Notes: generated from the sequence alone by a model not told the origin. Positions 54,771 to 64,000 are shown, counted from the stretch's first letter. The stretch: DNA of 64,000 nt from Firmicutes bacterium ADurb.Bin248 (GCA_002069725.1 MWBW01000001.1:56583-120582); one strand, 5' to 3'. Numbers and translations: made by a program.

Positions 54771-56111
54771 TCACCTCAGCTCCACGCCCGCGAATATGAA
54801 CCCCATGGGCGAAGCGCCGCTCGAAGTCAGCGTTACGGTCGCTGCGCACAGCTCGCCCGAGTCGGAGGTGCCGGGCACGCCGTAGAGTATCATGCCGTAG
54901 AGCACGAGGCCGGTATCGGTGCGCACGGCTTCGTCTATGCGCATCGACCAGACGCCGTGCGGATATACGGGCAGCATGTAGGCGTCCCCCTCGAGGCGGG
55001 TGCCGTCGCCCGCTTCGGCGAAGTCTGCCGGGAACGCGCCGGAGAAGAAGCGCGAATAGAGCGCCTCGTATTCCGCGCGCGCGACGGGCACGTAGAGCGC
55101 GTCCTCGGCGCCCGTGGTCAGCGTCAAAGTCATAAACGCGGTCGCGATGAAGGCGGGGGGCGAGGAGGAATCGAAGCCCGCGTAATAATCCATGCCGAAC
55201 GCGGAAACCAGCGTGTCGAGCGGGCCGCGTATGGCCTCGTATTCCTCGGCGGAGATCACAGTGCCCACGGCATCCGGGTAGAAAGCCGCGCGGTCGACGA
55301 GGAACACCAGCATGCCGTCGTCCTCGGGCGCGAGCGTGCCCGGCGCCGCGACGAGGCCGAATCCCTCCTCCGTGACGAAAAAGCCGTTATAGAGGTCGAG
55401 CGCGTTGGGGATGTCGTCGAGCGTGACGTCCCCGTAGTACGCGGCCCGGTTCGCGTCGATGAGGTTGAACACCTGCTGCGCGGCCACTGCTTCCACGCCG
55501 TAGACGCCCGTGGCCGAGTAGAGCGACTCGCGCGCGCCGCCCGGCCCGAGCACGAGCACGCGCGGGAGCAGCTCTTCCCCGCCGCCGAACGAGGTGAACT
55601 CATAAAGGTAGACGTTGACGTAGTCGCCGCAAGCTTCCGCGCGGCACTCGACGCGCGTGTAGGGCACAGCGCCGCCTTCGGCCGCGTCCGCGTAGGGCAG
55701 GCGCTCCGCGCTCACGCGCTCGAGCAACTCCTCCTCGTAGAGCGCCGCCTGCGCGTTCATCGCCTCATACGCGGGGAACGCGTCGCCAAACACGGGAAGC
55801 GTGTAGTCGAGCCGGAACTGCGCGTCCGCCTCGCCCGCCCCGTCGGGATAGAACACGGTCTTGCCGGCGAAGCTCACGCCGTCCGCCTCGCCCAACGCGC
55901 CGGCCGCGGGAGTCCCCTCGGGCGTCATGGGCATTGCGGGCGTCGCGCCCTCGGCGGCGGGCGAGGTTTCGGGGAAGCCGGTCTGCCCGGGCGCGGGGGT
56001 ATCGCCCGTCTGCGCGGGCGGGGCGAAGCCGATTTCATCGCAGCCCGATATGCTCAGCATCAACAGCAGCGCGGCAAAAGCCGCGAAAATTTTGAAAGCT
56101 TGCTTTTTCAT
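54771..56111 (-). CDS. Putative lipoprotein, unknown function
   Basis: Signal peptide plus lipobox LSISGC, then a P/T/A-rich linker. Confidence 0.6.
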   Translation of the reverse strand: MKKQAFKIFAAFAALLLMLSISGCDEIGFAPPAQTGDTPAPGQTGFPETSPAAEGATPAMPMTPEGTPAAGALGEADGVSFAGKTVFYPDGAGEADAQFRLDYTLPVFGDAFPAYEAMNAQAALYEEELLERVSAERLPYADAAEGGAVPYTRVECRAEACGDYVNVYLYEFTSFGGGEELLPRVLVLGPGGARESLYSATGVYGVEAVAAQQVFNLIDANRAAYYGDVTLDDIPNALDLYNGFFVTEEGFGLVAAPGTLAPEDDGMLVFLVDRAAFYPDAVGTVISAEEYEAIRGPLDTLVSAFGMDYYAGFDSSSPPAFIATAFMTLTLTTGAEDALYVPVARAEYEALYSRFFSGAFPADFAEAGDGTRLEGDAYMLPVYPHGVWSMRIDEAVRTDTGLVLYGMILYGVPGTSDSGELCAATVTLTSSGASPMGFIFAGVELR

Positions 56112-56237
56112 GGATACAACTTATCACAACGCGCAGGCGCTTACAACTGAATAATTTGTGACAACTGCGCCCGCCATTGCGAAAAACGTGCGGAAGATTG
56201 TATAATAACATCAAATCAGGGAGGAGATGGAGGCATT

Positions 56238-56951
56238 ATGTCGAACGCCGTGACCCCCGAGATGATACGGCTTCTCAACAGCGGCGACCAACGCGAGCTT
56301 CGGGCGTTTCTCACGCTCTACGCGAAGCCCGTATACGACCGCGCCATGGCCATAACCGGGAACGAGACGGACGCGCGCCGCGTCACGCGCCGCGTCGTGT
56401 CCGAAACGGCCCTGCTCGCCGTCAAGGGCGCGCTCGAGGAGGATGTGGACGCGCAGCTCATGAAACTGACCGACGCCTGCTGCAGCGAGGACCTTTTCTT
56501 TGCCAGGCTTGTGGACGAAACCATGCAGGAGCTTTCCGTCCGCCCGGCCGGCGAGCCGGACAGGCTCCTGCCGCGCGCCCCGGCTTTCGCGCCCGAGCCC
56601 CCGCAGGATCCGCCCGCGCAGAAAAAGGTTGTTCCCGCCGAGGCGCCGCCGCCCGACGCCGCGCCCGCGCCAAGGGAAGCGCCCGAGGCGCCCCCGCCCT
56701 TGTACGTGTCCGACCTCGCCCCGGCCCAAGAGGTCGATGTGCCCGACCTTTTCGCCGAGGAGGAAGCCGAGGCCGAGGCCGAGGGCAAAAAGGCCGGCCC
56801 GCTGATGGTGGTGCTGATCTTTACGCTCTCGCTGATCACCATCGCGCTCGTATGGGTGCTGCTCGTGAAGCTCATGTACGTCGGCGCGATACCCAAGTTC
56901 GATTTCGGTTTTGCCGAATGGTTCAACGCGCACATGTTTAAATTGTATTAA
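56238..56951 (+). CDS. Membrane-anchored hypothetical protein (proline-rich linker, C-terminal TM)
   Basis: RBS GGGAGGAG. A C-terminal TM helix (LMVVLIFTLSLITIALVWVLLV) follows a P/A/E-rich region. Confidence 0.5.
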   Translation: MSNAVTPEMIRLLNSGDQRELRAFLTLYAKPVYDRAMAITGNETDARRVTRRVVSETALLAVKGALEEDVDAQLMKLTDACCSEDLFFARLVDETMQELSVRPAGEPDRLLPRAPAFAPEPPQDPPAQKKVVPAEAPPPDAAPAPREAPEAPPPLYVSDLAPAQEVDVPDLFAEEEAEAEAEGKKAGPLMVVLIFTLSLITIALVWVLLVKLMYVGAIPKFDFGFAEWFNAHMFKLY

Positions 56952-57016
56952 GCGTATATCCTTGCATCCGTTTGTGCTGGATATGATATAATAAACGAAG
57001 AAAGGGGGGGTGTCGT

Positions 57017-57526
57017 ATGGAATTTTTCGCGCAATACATCGCGGGATGGAGCCTCGTCGCGCTGATCTGCCTGATCGCGGGGCTCGTGCTGATGGTGGTT
57101 GAAATGTTCATCCCCGGTATGGGCGTGCCCGGCATACTCGGCTTCCTGCTGCTCATCGCGGCGGTGGTGCTCAGGGCGAACTCGTTCGCAAACGGCGCGA
57201 TGACGCTCGCCATCATACTGGTGCTGCTCTGCGGCGCGGGGTTTTTCATCTTCCGCTCGTTCCGCAGGGGCGCGATCTCGCGCTCGCCGATCGTGCTCAA
57301 GGAAAGCATCGACCGGGAGTCCACCGAGCTTTCCAACAAGGAGATGCAGTCCCTCGCCGGGCGCGAGGGTGTCGCGCTCACCGCGCTTCGTCCATCGGGC
57401 AACGCCGAGATCGACGGGCGGCGCGTGGACGTCGTGAGCGAGGGCGCGTTCGTCGCCAAGGGCGCGAAGATCGTCGTCATGCGCGTGGAGGGGCTCCGCG
57501 TGCTCGTAAAACCCGCCGCGGAATAA
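57017..57526 (+). CDS. NfeD family membrane protein
   Basis: N-terminal TM helices plus a C-terminal OB-fold (GREGVALTALRPSGNAEIDGRRVDVVSEG). Confidence 0.8.
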   Translation: MEFFAQYIAGWSLVALICLIAGLVLMVVEMFIPGMGVPGILGFLLLIAAVVLRANSFANGAMTLAIILVLLCGAGFFIFRSFRRGAISRSPIVLKESIDRESTELSNKEMQSLAGREGVALTALRPSGNAEIDGRRVDVVSEGAFVAKGAKIVVMRVEGLRVLVKPAAE

Positions 57527-57593
57527 GCGGCGCGCAAGCGAAACGCCCGTTTGTTGTCGGCAAACCGCACCATTATAAACAGGAGGTAACATT

Positions 57594-58598
57594 ATGCCCA
57601 TCGTGTTGCTCGAAAGCGGCCTGAACGTCGTGCTCGCCGTCGTCATCATCATCGCGGCGATCATCTTCCTCGCGATCTTCTTCAGCTACGTGCCCATCAG
57701 CCTGTGGATCTCCGCCACCGCGTCCGGCGTCAAGGTCGGCATCTTCCAGCTCGTGGCCATGCGCATCAGAAAGGTCGTCCCCAGCCGCATCATCAACCCC
57801 ATGATCAAGGCGACCAAGGCCGGCCTCGTGCTCTCGCTCAACAAGCTCGAGGCGCACTACCTCGCGGGCGGCAACGTGGACCGCGTGGTAAACGCGCTCA
57901 TCGCCGCGCAGCGCGCGGGCATACCGCTCGAATTCGAGCAGGCCTGCGCCATTGACCTCGCCGGGCGCGACGTGTTGAACGCCGTGCAGATGAGCGTCAA
58001 CCCCAAGGTCATCGAAACCCCGGTCATCGCCGCCATCGCCAAGGACGGCATAGAGCTTCGCGCCAAGGCGCGCGTGACGGTGCGCGCGAACATCGGCCGC
58101 CTCGTGGGCGGCGCGGGCGAGGAGACCATCATCGCGCGCATCGGCGAGGGCATCGTGACGACCGTCGGTTCCTCGGCAAGCCACAAGGACGTGCTCGAAA
58201 ACCCGGACCTCATCTCCCAGACCGTTTTGAACAAGGGCCTCGACGCGGGCACCGCTTTCGAGATACTTTCCATCGACATCGCGGACGTGGACGTGGGCAG
58301 GAACATCGGCGCGCAGCTCCAGATCGACCAGGCCGAGGCAGACAAGCGCATCGCCCAGGCCAAGGCCGAGGAACGCCGCGCCATGGCCGTCGCGCAGGAG
58401 CAGGAGAACAAGGCCGACGTGCAGGGCATGCGCGCGCGCGTCATCGAGGCGGAGGCAGAGGTGCCAAAGGCCATCGCGATGGCTTTCCGCGAGGGCAAGC
58501 TCGGCGTCATGGATTACTACAACATGCAAAACGTCATCTCCGATACGAGGATGCGCGAAACCATCGCGGGCGTCGGCCACAGCGAGAAAAAGGAATGA
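57594..58598 (+). CDS. floA: Flotillin-like protein FloA (UPF0365/YqfA)
   Basis: N-terminal TM helix plus an SPFH-like domain with very conserved blocks ([25 protein letters not shown]). Confidence 0.85.
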   Translation: MPIVLLESGLNVVLAVVIIIAAIIFLAIFFSYVPISLWISATASGVKVGIFQLVAMRIRKVVPSRIINPMIKATKAGLVLSLNKLEAHYLAGGNVDRVVNALIAAQRAGIPLEFEQACAIDLAGRDVLNAVQMSVNPKVIETPVIAAIAKDGIELRAKARVTVRANIGRLVGGAGEETIIARIGEGIVTTVGSSASHKDVLENPDLISQTVLNKGLDAGTAFEILSIDIADVDVGRNIGAQLQIDQAEADKRIAQAKAEERRAMAVAQEQENKADVQGMRARVIEAEAEVPKAIAMAFREGKLGVMDYYNMQNVISDTRMRETIAGVGHSEKKE

Positions 58599-58639
58599 GC
58601 TTACTCGCCGCCATACCGCTTGGGAAAGGGGGATAAGCC

Positions 58640-59416
58640 GTGGAAGGCTTCATTATCTTCGCGATCATCGTGATCGTGTTCATCAGCGCCGCCTCCAAGG
58701 CGAAGAAACAGCAGCAGCGCAAGGTGCCCCCGGACCAGTCCGCCGCCCCGAGGGCGCCGCTCACGCCCGCTCAGCTCGCGCAGCTCGAGGCGCACAGGCG
58801 CGCCGCCGTGGAGGCGGAGCGCCGCCGCGCGGCGGGCCGGACGGCGGCGCCCCGCGTGCAGCCGTCCGTATCCGCGCCCGGCGCGGGAACGGCCGCCGGC
58901 GGGCAAGGCGCGGGCTGGCACTGCGCCTGCGGCAAGGACAACCGCAGCGAAGCGCGCTTTTGCGTCAAGTGCGGGCGCAGCCGCGCCGACGGGGAGACGG
59001 GCTCGCTCGGCTACTACTCCACGCAGGGCGAATCCCTGCGCGGGAGCGGGGAGGGCATGAGTTCGGAGGGCGCGGGCCTTCGGGGCGACACGGAGGGCTA
59101 TTCCACCGAGGGACGCTTTGCGGGCGCGCCGGGCGCTGCCAAGCCGAGCCTTCGCCACGTCGTCCGGGCCGTGACGGAATCCGCGCACGCGCACACGGAG
59201 GGAGGCCCTTCGGAGGAGGGCGGCGCGCTTTGCGAGGAGGAGTACGACCCGCACACGCGCGACAGCTACGAACTCACGGGGCCCGACGCTTACGAGATCG
59301 GCCAGGAAACGCAGGAGCTGCCCTACGGGCTGAGCTTCGCGGGCTCCGGCGACCTCGCGCGCGGCGTGCTTCTCGCCGAAATACTCGCCAAACCCCGGGC
59401 GCTGCGCGCCCGCTGA
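58640..59416 (+). CDS. Membrane-anchored zinc-ribbon protein
   Basis: GTG start, N-terminal TM helix, CACGKDN...CVKCG zinc ribbon. Confidence 0.5.
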   Translation: MEGFIIFAIIVIVFISAASKAKKQQQRKVPPDQSAAPRAPLTPAQLAQLEAHRRAAVEAERRRAAGRTAAPRVQPSVSAPGAGTAAGGQGAGWHCACGKDNRSEARFCVKCGRSRADGETGSLGYYSTQGESLRGSGEGMSSEGAGLRGDTEGYSTEGRFAGAPGAAKPSLRHVVRAVTESAHAHTEGGPSEEGGALCEEEYDPHTRDSYELTGPDAYEIGQETQELPYGLSFAGSGDLARGVLLAEILAKPRALRAR

Positions 59417-59446
59417 ACGGACATCACCAACTACGGAGGTCGCATT

Positions 59447-60154
59447 ATGCCCATACCCACGCCGCACATCAGCGCGAAAGCGGGCGATTTCGCCCAAACG
59501 GTTCTCATGCCGGGCGATCCGCTGCGCGCGAAGTTCATCGCCGAAACGTATTTCGAAAATCCCGTGCTCGTCAACAACGTGCGCGGCGTGCAGGGGCACA
59601 CGGGCTTTTATAAGGGCAAGCGCGTGTCCGTCATGGCAAGCGGCATGGGCATGCCCGCCATAGGCATCTATTCCTACGAACTGTACAACTTCTACGGCGT
59701 GGAGAACATCATCCGCGTCGGCTCGGCGGGGTCGATCAGCAAGGATCTGCCGCTTCGAAGCCTCGTCATCGCCATGAGCGCGTCGACCAACTCCAACTTC
59801 GCCGCGCAGTACGGCATGCCCGGCCTCATCGCGCCCACCGCGAGCTGGAATCTCGTCAAAAAGGCCGCGGAGCAGGCCGAGCGCATGGGCCTTGTCTACA
59901 AGGTCGGCAACATACTCTCGAGCGACACCTTCTACGACGACGCGGGCCGCACGCTCGAGTGGGGGCGCATGGGCGCGCTCGCCGTCGAGATGGAGGCCGC
60001 GGCGCTTTATTTGAGCGCCGCCCGCGCGGGCAAGCAGGCGCTTTGCGTGTGCACCATTTCCGACAGCCTCGTAACCGGCGAGGAATGCACGAGCGAGGAG
60101 AGGCAGAACACGTTCACCGCCATGATGGAGCTGGCCTTGGAGATCGCGGAGTGA
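59447..60154 (+). CDS. deoD: Purine nucleoside phosphorylase DeoD type
   Basis: MPIPTPHISAKAGDFAQTVLMPGDPLRAKFIAE... Confidence 0.95.
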   Translation: MPIPTPHISAKAGDFAQTVLMPGDPLRAKFIAETYFENPVLVNNVRGVQGHTGFYKGKRVSVMASGMGMPAIGIYSYELYNFYGVENIIRVGSAGSISKDLPLRSLVIAMSASTNSNFAAQYGMPGLIAPTASWNLVKKAAEQAERMGLVYKVGNILSSDTFYDDAGRTLEWGRMGALAVEMEAAALYLSAARAGKQALCVCTISDSLVTGEECTSEERQNTFTAMMELALEIAE

Positions 60155-60158
60155 TCGG

Positions 60159-60199
60159 TAATTGACAATTGATAATTGACAATTGACAATCGGGGAACG
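60159..60199 (+). repeat. Family-A head with a degenerate tail
   Basis: TAATTGACAATTGATAATTGACAATTGACAATC + GGGGAACG, 4 nt after the deoD stop. The family-C hairpin follows at 60245-60263. Confidence 0.7.
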
Positions 60200-60375
60200 A
60201 CAACGGCGTTGGGGACGATCCCGTTTCTCCGCGGTGTGAAAGGCGGGCGCATGATATCCGCCCCTATAACGAAATATGCGCGAGCAAACAGTACCGTCCC
60301 GTTTACCCCGTGTAAGGGCGGCCCTGTGCGGCCGCCCGATACGGGACGCATCAATACTCCCAAAGGAGAAATTCC

Positions 60376-60963
60376 TTGGCCAAAAAGAAAGCGCGCAACA
60401 CCAAGAGCAGGATCGTGACCGCGGCGTGGAAGCTCTTCTACGAGCAGGGCTACGACGACACCACCGTGGAGGAGATCATCGAGGCTTCGGGCACCTCGCG
60501 CGGCTCGTTCTACCACTACTTCGAAGGCAAGGACGCGCTGCTCTCGTCGCTCTCCTACCTGTTCGACGACAAATACGTTTCGCTCATGGAAGCGGTCGAA
60601 TCCGATATGAACGCCTTCGACAAGCTCATGTACCTCAACGGCGAGCTGTTCGGCATGATCGAAAACAGCGTGGCCCTCGACCTGCTCGCCAGGCTCTACT
60701 CCTCGCAGCTCGTCACCCGCGGCGACAAGCACCTGCTCGACCACAACCGCGTCTATTACAGGCTGCTGCGCCAGATCGCCTCCGAGGGCATCGCGCGGGG
60801 CGAGTTTTCCGCACGCTTCACGGTCAACGAGATCGTCAACGCCTACGCCATGCTCGAGCGCGGGCTGCTGTACGACTGGTGCATCTCGGGCGGCGGCTAC
60901 TCCCTGAAAAACTACGCGGCGCGCATGCTCCCGCTGCTGTTCGGCTTTGCGCGCGGGGGATAA
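60376..60963 (+). CDS. TetR/AcrR family transcriptional regulator
   Basis: TTG start after RBS AAAGGAGA. HTH TTVEEIIEASGTSRGSFYHYF. Confidence 0.85.
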   Translation: MAKKKARNTKSRIVTAAWKLFYEQGYDDTTVEEIIEASGTSRGSFYHYFEGKDALLSSLSYLFDDKYVSLMEAVESDMNAFDKLMYLNGELFGMIENSVALDLLARLYSSQLVTRGDKHLLDHNRVYYRLLRQIASEGIARGEFSARFTVNEIVNAYAMLERGLLYDWCISGGGYSLKNYAARMLPLLFGFARGG

Positions 60964-61046
60964 TATATTTTACATCACAAATAGTATTTAGATAATCGTA
61001 CGGTAAAAAAGCCAAATAAAATAAGTATAAACCGTGAATGACGCGG

Positions 61047-61071
61047 TATAATGTACAGAATTTATTCTGTA
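61047..61071 (+). promoter_or_regulatory. -10 box plus 8-2-8 palindrome (probable TetR operator)
   Basis: TATAAT 61047-61052, followed by TACAGAAT-TT-ATTCTGTA (61054-71). Sits between the TetR gene and the LOR/SDH gene. Confidence 0.5.
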
Positions 61072-61141
61072 TTTCATCCTGTTTTTTTATATGCTATTAT
61101 GTCACCCATTGAAGCGCGTTTGCGCGATGGGAGGCTGTGCA

Positions 61142-62314
61142 ATGCTCCGCATGCCCGAGTTCAAAGCGCCGGATTTTACCCGGCTCAAATATACGGCGGC
61201 GCCCCGGGTCAAAACCGTCCCCGCCCCGGCGGACGGGGTTCTGCCCGAGGATTTCTACGCGACCACCATCTATCCCGAGTTCTTCAAGCTCGCGGGCGGC
61301 TGGACGCTCATCGAGAACGCGCGCATGGACTGCGCCGCCGTCGTCAAAGGCGCGCGCGTCTTTGCCGTGGAGGCGCGCCGCGTGAAGCAGGGGGACGCCG
61401 TGGTCGTCGGCCGCGCGGAGGATCTTTCCAACGGCGTATGCATCGTGACGGACGGCTTTTGCGCGGCGGAGCGGCGCGCTTCGCAGGCGTTCGCCTTCCG
61501 TACGGAGCGCTCGCGCGAGACCGCGAGCTCGCAGGATTACGACAGGCTCTGCGATATTTTGCGCCACGACCGCGACCGCGGGCACATCGTCTGGGTGCTC
61601 GGCCCGGCCGTGGATTTCGACCGCAACGCGCGCGAAGCCATGGCGGGGCTGATCCGAAACGGCTACGCGCACGCGATCTTCGCGGGCAACGCCCTGGCCA
61701 CGCACGACCTCGAGGCCGCGCTGTTCCACACGGGCCTCGGGCAGGACATCTATACCAAGGAGCCCGTATTCAACGGGCATTACCACCACCTCGACGCCAT
61801 CAACCGCGCGCGCCGCGCAGGCTCCGTCGGGAAGCTCATCAAACAGGAGGGCATCGCGGACGGCATACTCGCCGCCTGCGTCGAGAAAAACGTGCCCTTC
61901 GTGCTCGCGGGCTCCATACGCGACGACGGGCCCCTGCCCGGCGTGATCTCGGACGTATACGAAGCACAGGACGCCATGCGCGCCCATACGATCCGGGCGA
62001 CCACGATCATAGGCCTCGCGACGCAGCTCCATTCGATCGCGACCGGCAACATGACGCCGACCTGGCAGCGCGTCGCGGGCGATGTGCGCCCCGTGTACTT
62101 CTACACTGTGGATATCTCGGAGTTCGCCGTCAACAAGCTCAGGGACCGCGGAAGCCTCGCCGTCAACAGCATCGTGACCAACGTGCAGGACTTCCTCGTC
62201 AACACGTCGAGGTCGCTGATTCCCGCGTTCGGGGCCGCGGCGCGCTGCCGCCTCGCGGACGCCGCGCGGGGGGAAAAGCGCGCCGTCACGCTCGGCGCGG
62301 GCGCGAAAGCGTAA
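61142..62314 (+). CDS. LOR/SDH-domain protein (TIGR00300-like)
   Basis: RBS GGGAGG. 390 aa with conserved blocks HIVWVLGPAV, FAGNALATHD, GHYHHL and AGSIRDDGPLP typical of this family as I recall it. Confidence 0.6.
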   Translation: MLRMPEFKAPDFTRLKYTAAPRVKTVPAPADGVLPEDFYATTIYPEFFKLAGGWTLIENARMDCAAVVKGARVFAVEARRVKQGDAVVVGRAEDLSNGVCIVTDGFCAAERRASQAFAFRTERSRETASSQDYDRLCDILRHDRDRGHIVWVLGPAVDFDRNAREAMAGLIRNGYAHAIFAGNALATHDLEAALFHTGLGQDIYTKEPVFNGHYHHLDAINRARRAGSVGKLIKQEGIADGILAACVEKNVPFVLAGSIRDDGPLPGVISDVYEAQDAMRAHTIRATTIIGLATQLHSIATGNMTPTWQRVAGDVRPVYFYTVDISEFAVNKLRDRGSLAVNSIVTNVQDFLVNTSRSLIPAFGAAARCRLADAARGEKRAVTLGAGAKA

Positions 62315-62418
62315 GCGCGGACGCGTCGGCGCAAGCGGATCAAAGCGGAAACGGACGAGCGCCTTCGCGGGCGCTTTTTCTTAATAAGAAAGCCGGCTTC
62401 GTTCCCGGGAAATAAAAC

Positions 62419-62455
62419 TTGACAGATTTAACTGTAACTGTTATAAATACAGTAT
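62419..62455 (+). promoter_or_regulatory. Promoter with embedded 26-nt operator motif (copy 1)
   Basis: TTGACA, 17-nt spacer, TATAAA. Motif AACTGTAACTGTTATAAATACAGTAT at 62430-62455. Confidence 0.6.
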
Positions 62456-62476
62456 AAATCTCCCGGAGGCTTTCAT

Positions 62477-63172
62477 ATGACGTTCAAGCATAGATCGGGC
62501 GGCTCCGCCCTGCCGCGCGCGGCGGCTCTGCTGCTCGCGCTCCTGTTCCTTTTCGCCGGATGCGCGGGAAGCGGCGGGGCCGGCGGCACGCAGCCGCCCG
62601 CGCCGAGCGAAAGCGGTATCGACAGCGGCACGCAACCGCCCGCGCCGGGGCAAGGCGGCGCTGACGGCGGCGCGCAGTCGCCCGCCCCAAGTGAAAGCGG
62701 CGCGGACGGCGAGGTATCCGACAAGGCGCTCTTTGGCGATTTCACAGCCAAGGACACCGAAGGCAACGCCGTCACCAACGACATCTTCGCGGATTACGAC
62801 GTAACCATGGTCAACATCTGGGCCACGTTCTGCGGCTATTGCGTGCGGGAGATGCCCGCGCTCGAAGAACTCGACGAGGAGTATCGCGACCGCGGCTTCC
62901 AGATCGTGGGCGTCGTCGTCGACGCGACGGACCAGAAGGGCAACGTGGACGACGCGCTGCTCGCCGAGGCGCTGGACATCATCGCGCAAACCGGCGCGGA
63001 CTACACGCACATCGTCCCCTCGGCCGAAATGTTCGGCAAGTTCCTCAAGGGCGTGCGCTATCTGCCCACGACCGTGTTTGTCAACAGCAGGGGCGAAGCC
63101 ATAGGTTCCGCCTACGAGGGCGCTATGGAAAAGGAGGACTGGGCGAAAATCATCGAGGAAAAGCTCGGATAA
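62477..63172 (+). CDS. TlpA/ResA-like thiol-disulfide oxidoreductase lipoprotein
   Basis: Lipobox LFAGC; thioredoxin-fold WATFCGYC active site. Confidence 0.85.
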   Translation: MTFKHRSGGSALPRAAALLLALLFLFAGCAGSGGAGGTQPPAPSESGIDSGTQPPAPGQGGADGGAQSPAPSESGADGEVSDKALFGDFTAKDTEGNAVTNDIFADYDVTMVNIWATFCGYCVREMPALEELDEEYRDRGFQIVGVVVDATDQKGNVDDALLAEALDIIAQTGADYTHIVPSAEMFGKFLKGVRYLPTTVFVNSRGEAIGSAYEGAMEKEDWAKIIEEKLG

Positions 63173-63359
63173 CCATAACGGGAAGGCCGCGCGCGGCGGA
63201 ATTTCTCCCGTGCGGCGCGGCAGGCGGACGTAAACCTGTGAATAAAATGTGTCAATGCGTCGCATTTATGCAAAACGTATTTTGAAAAAAGCGCCATGCG
63301 CCATAGGGATTTGAGCGTTTTCCAGAAAACGGAATGGGAATTCGCCTAACAATATGCAT

Positions 63360-63396
63360 TTGACGCCTCCAACTGTAACTGTTATAACTACAGTAT
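63360..63396 (+). promoter_or_regulatory. Promoter with embedded 26-nt operator motif (copy 2)
   Basis: TTGACG, 17-nt spacer, TATAAC. Motif AACTGTAACTGTTATAACTACAGTAT at 63371-63396, matching copy 1 at 25 of 26 positions with the same geometry. Confidence 0.6.
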
Positions 63397-63420
63397 CAAA
63401 AATGTTTGGAGGTAAGTTTG

Positions 63421-64000
63421 ATGAAGTTTTCGGAACAGCTCAAGGGATTCATTCGGCTGCGCAACCTCGTCGTTGCCGCGCTGCTCGCGATAATGCTGAC
63501 GCTGGGCGGGTGCGCGGGCAACGCCGCGATCATCGACGAACAGGCTGAGCCCGAGGCGCGCAGCGCGCAGCTTGCGCCCGAGACGACCGAGCCCGAGGCC
63601 GCCCCGACCGAGGCCGCCGCGACCGACGAACCCGCGCTCGACGCGAGCGCGACCGAGCCCGCGGTTTCCGGCGCAGACGAAAGCGCCGCCCCCGCGAACG
63701 AGAGCGCCGCGCCCGCGGCCAAGCCGGACGCGACCGCCACGGCGAAGCCTGCGGCGAGCGCCAAGTCGACCACGGCCCCGACCGCGAAGCCGACCGCGGC
63801 CCCGACGGCGAAGCCGACTACAGCTCCGACCGCGAAGCCAACTGCGGCTCCGACGGTGAAGCCGACCGCGGCCCCAACGGCGAAGCCGACTGCGAAGCCG
63901 ACCACGGCCCCGACGGCGAAGCCGACCGCGAAGCCCACGGCTGCGCCGACCGCCAAGCCGACCGCGAAGCCCACGGCCGCGCCGACCGCCAAGCCTGCCG
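63421..64000 (+). CDS. Lipoprotein with a (T/A)AKPT(A/T)AP tandem-repeat region, partial (runs off window)
   Basis: RBS GGAGG. MKFSEQLKGFIRLRNLVVAALLAIMLTLGGCAG has a lipobox. From about 63700 the sequence repeats PTAKPTAA. The minus-strand track ORF 63396..63992 is its shadow. Confidence 0.65.
   Translation, partial: MKFSEQLKGFIRLRNLVVAALLAIMLTLGGCAGNAAIIDEQAEPEARSAQLAPETTEPEAAPTEAAATDEPALDASATEPAVSGADESAAPANESAAPAAKPDATATAKPAASAKSTTAPTAKPTAAPTAKPTTAPTAKPTAAPTVKPTAAPTAKPTAKPTTAPTAKPTAKPTAAPTAKPTAKPTAAPTAKPA

Noticed and set aside
63396-63992. 198-aa minus-strand ORF (GAAVGFAVG repeats).
   Set aside because: It is the reverse-complement shadow of the plus-strand PT-repeat lipoprotein, which has an RBS, a signal peptide and a lipobox.

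Overview
High-GC (about 65%) chromosomal window, most likely from a spore-forming Clostridia member. That assignment is an inference from spoIIR-sleB-ypeB, DUF1540, Gram-positive RBSs and the rpmG-secE-nusG-rplKAJL order. Gene content is mostly housekeeping. It includes a complete minus-strand operon for oxidative L-ornithine degradation (ord-ortA-ortB-oraS-oraE-reactivase-orr) followed by an ornithine carbamoyltransferase. It also holds a ribosomal-protein/nusG cluster with an L10 leader, an FMN riboswitch with ribU, tilS-hpt, murC/ispE and several regulators (GntR, MarR, WYL, TetR). Other genes include a GGDEF sensor, a LuxE/LuxC-like pair, an NfeD/FloA pair and a TetR-linked LOR/SDH-domain gene. 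The unusual feature is in the intergenic DNA, which carries at least three repeat families that I cannot assign to a known element. Family A is a tandem heptamer array (CAATTGA)n joined through ...TTGACAATC to a GC hairpin GGGAACGCCGCCTGCGGGCGGGG(ACGG). I count 14 heads; 10 of them abut or supply the stop codon of the upstream gene, and some sit between cistrons of the ornithine operon. Family B is a 190-220 nt element in 3 copies whose helices are preserved by compensatory substitutions, making it a candidate ncRNA or MITE. There are also smaller hairpin families. No rRNA, tRNA, CRISPR array or transposase gene was seen. Many long track ORFs are antisense or out-of-frame shadows typical of high-GC DNA. 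All product calls rest on reading motifs in the translations, since no database search was possible.
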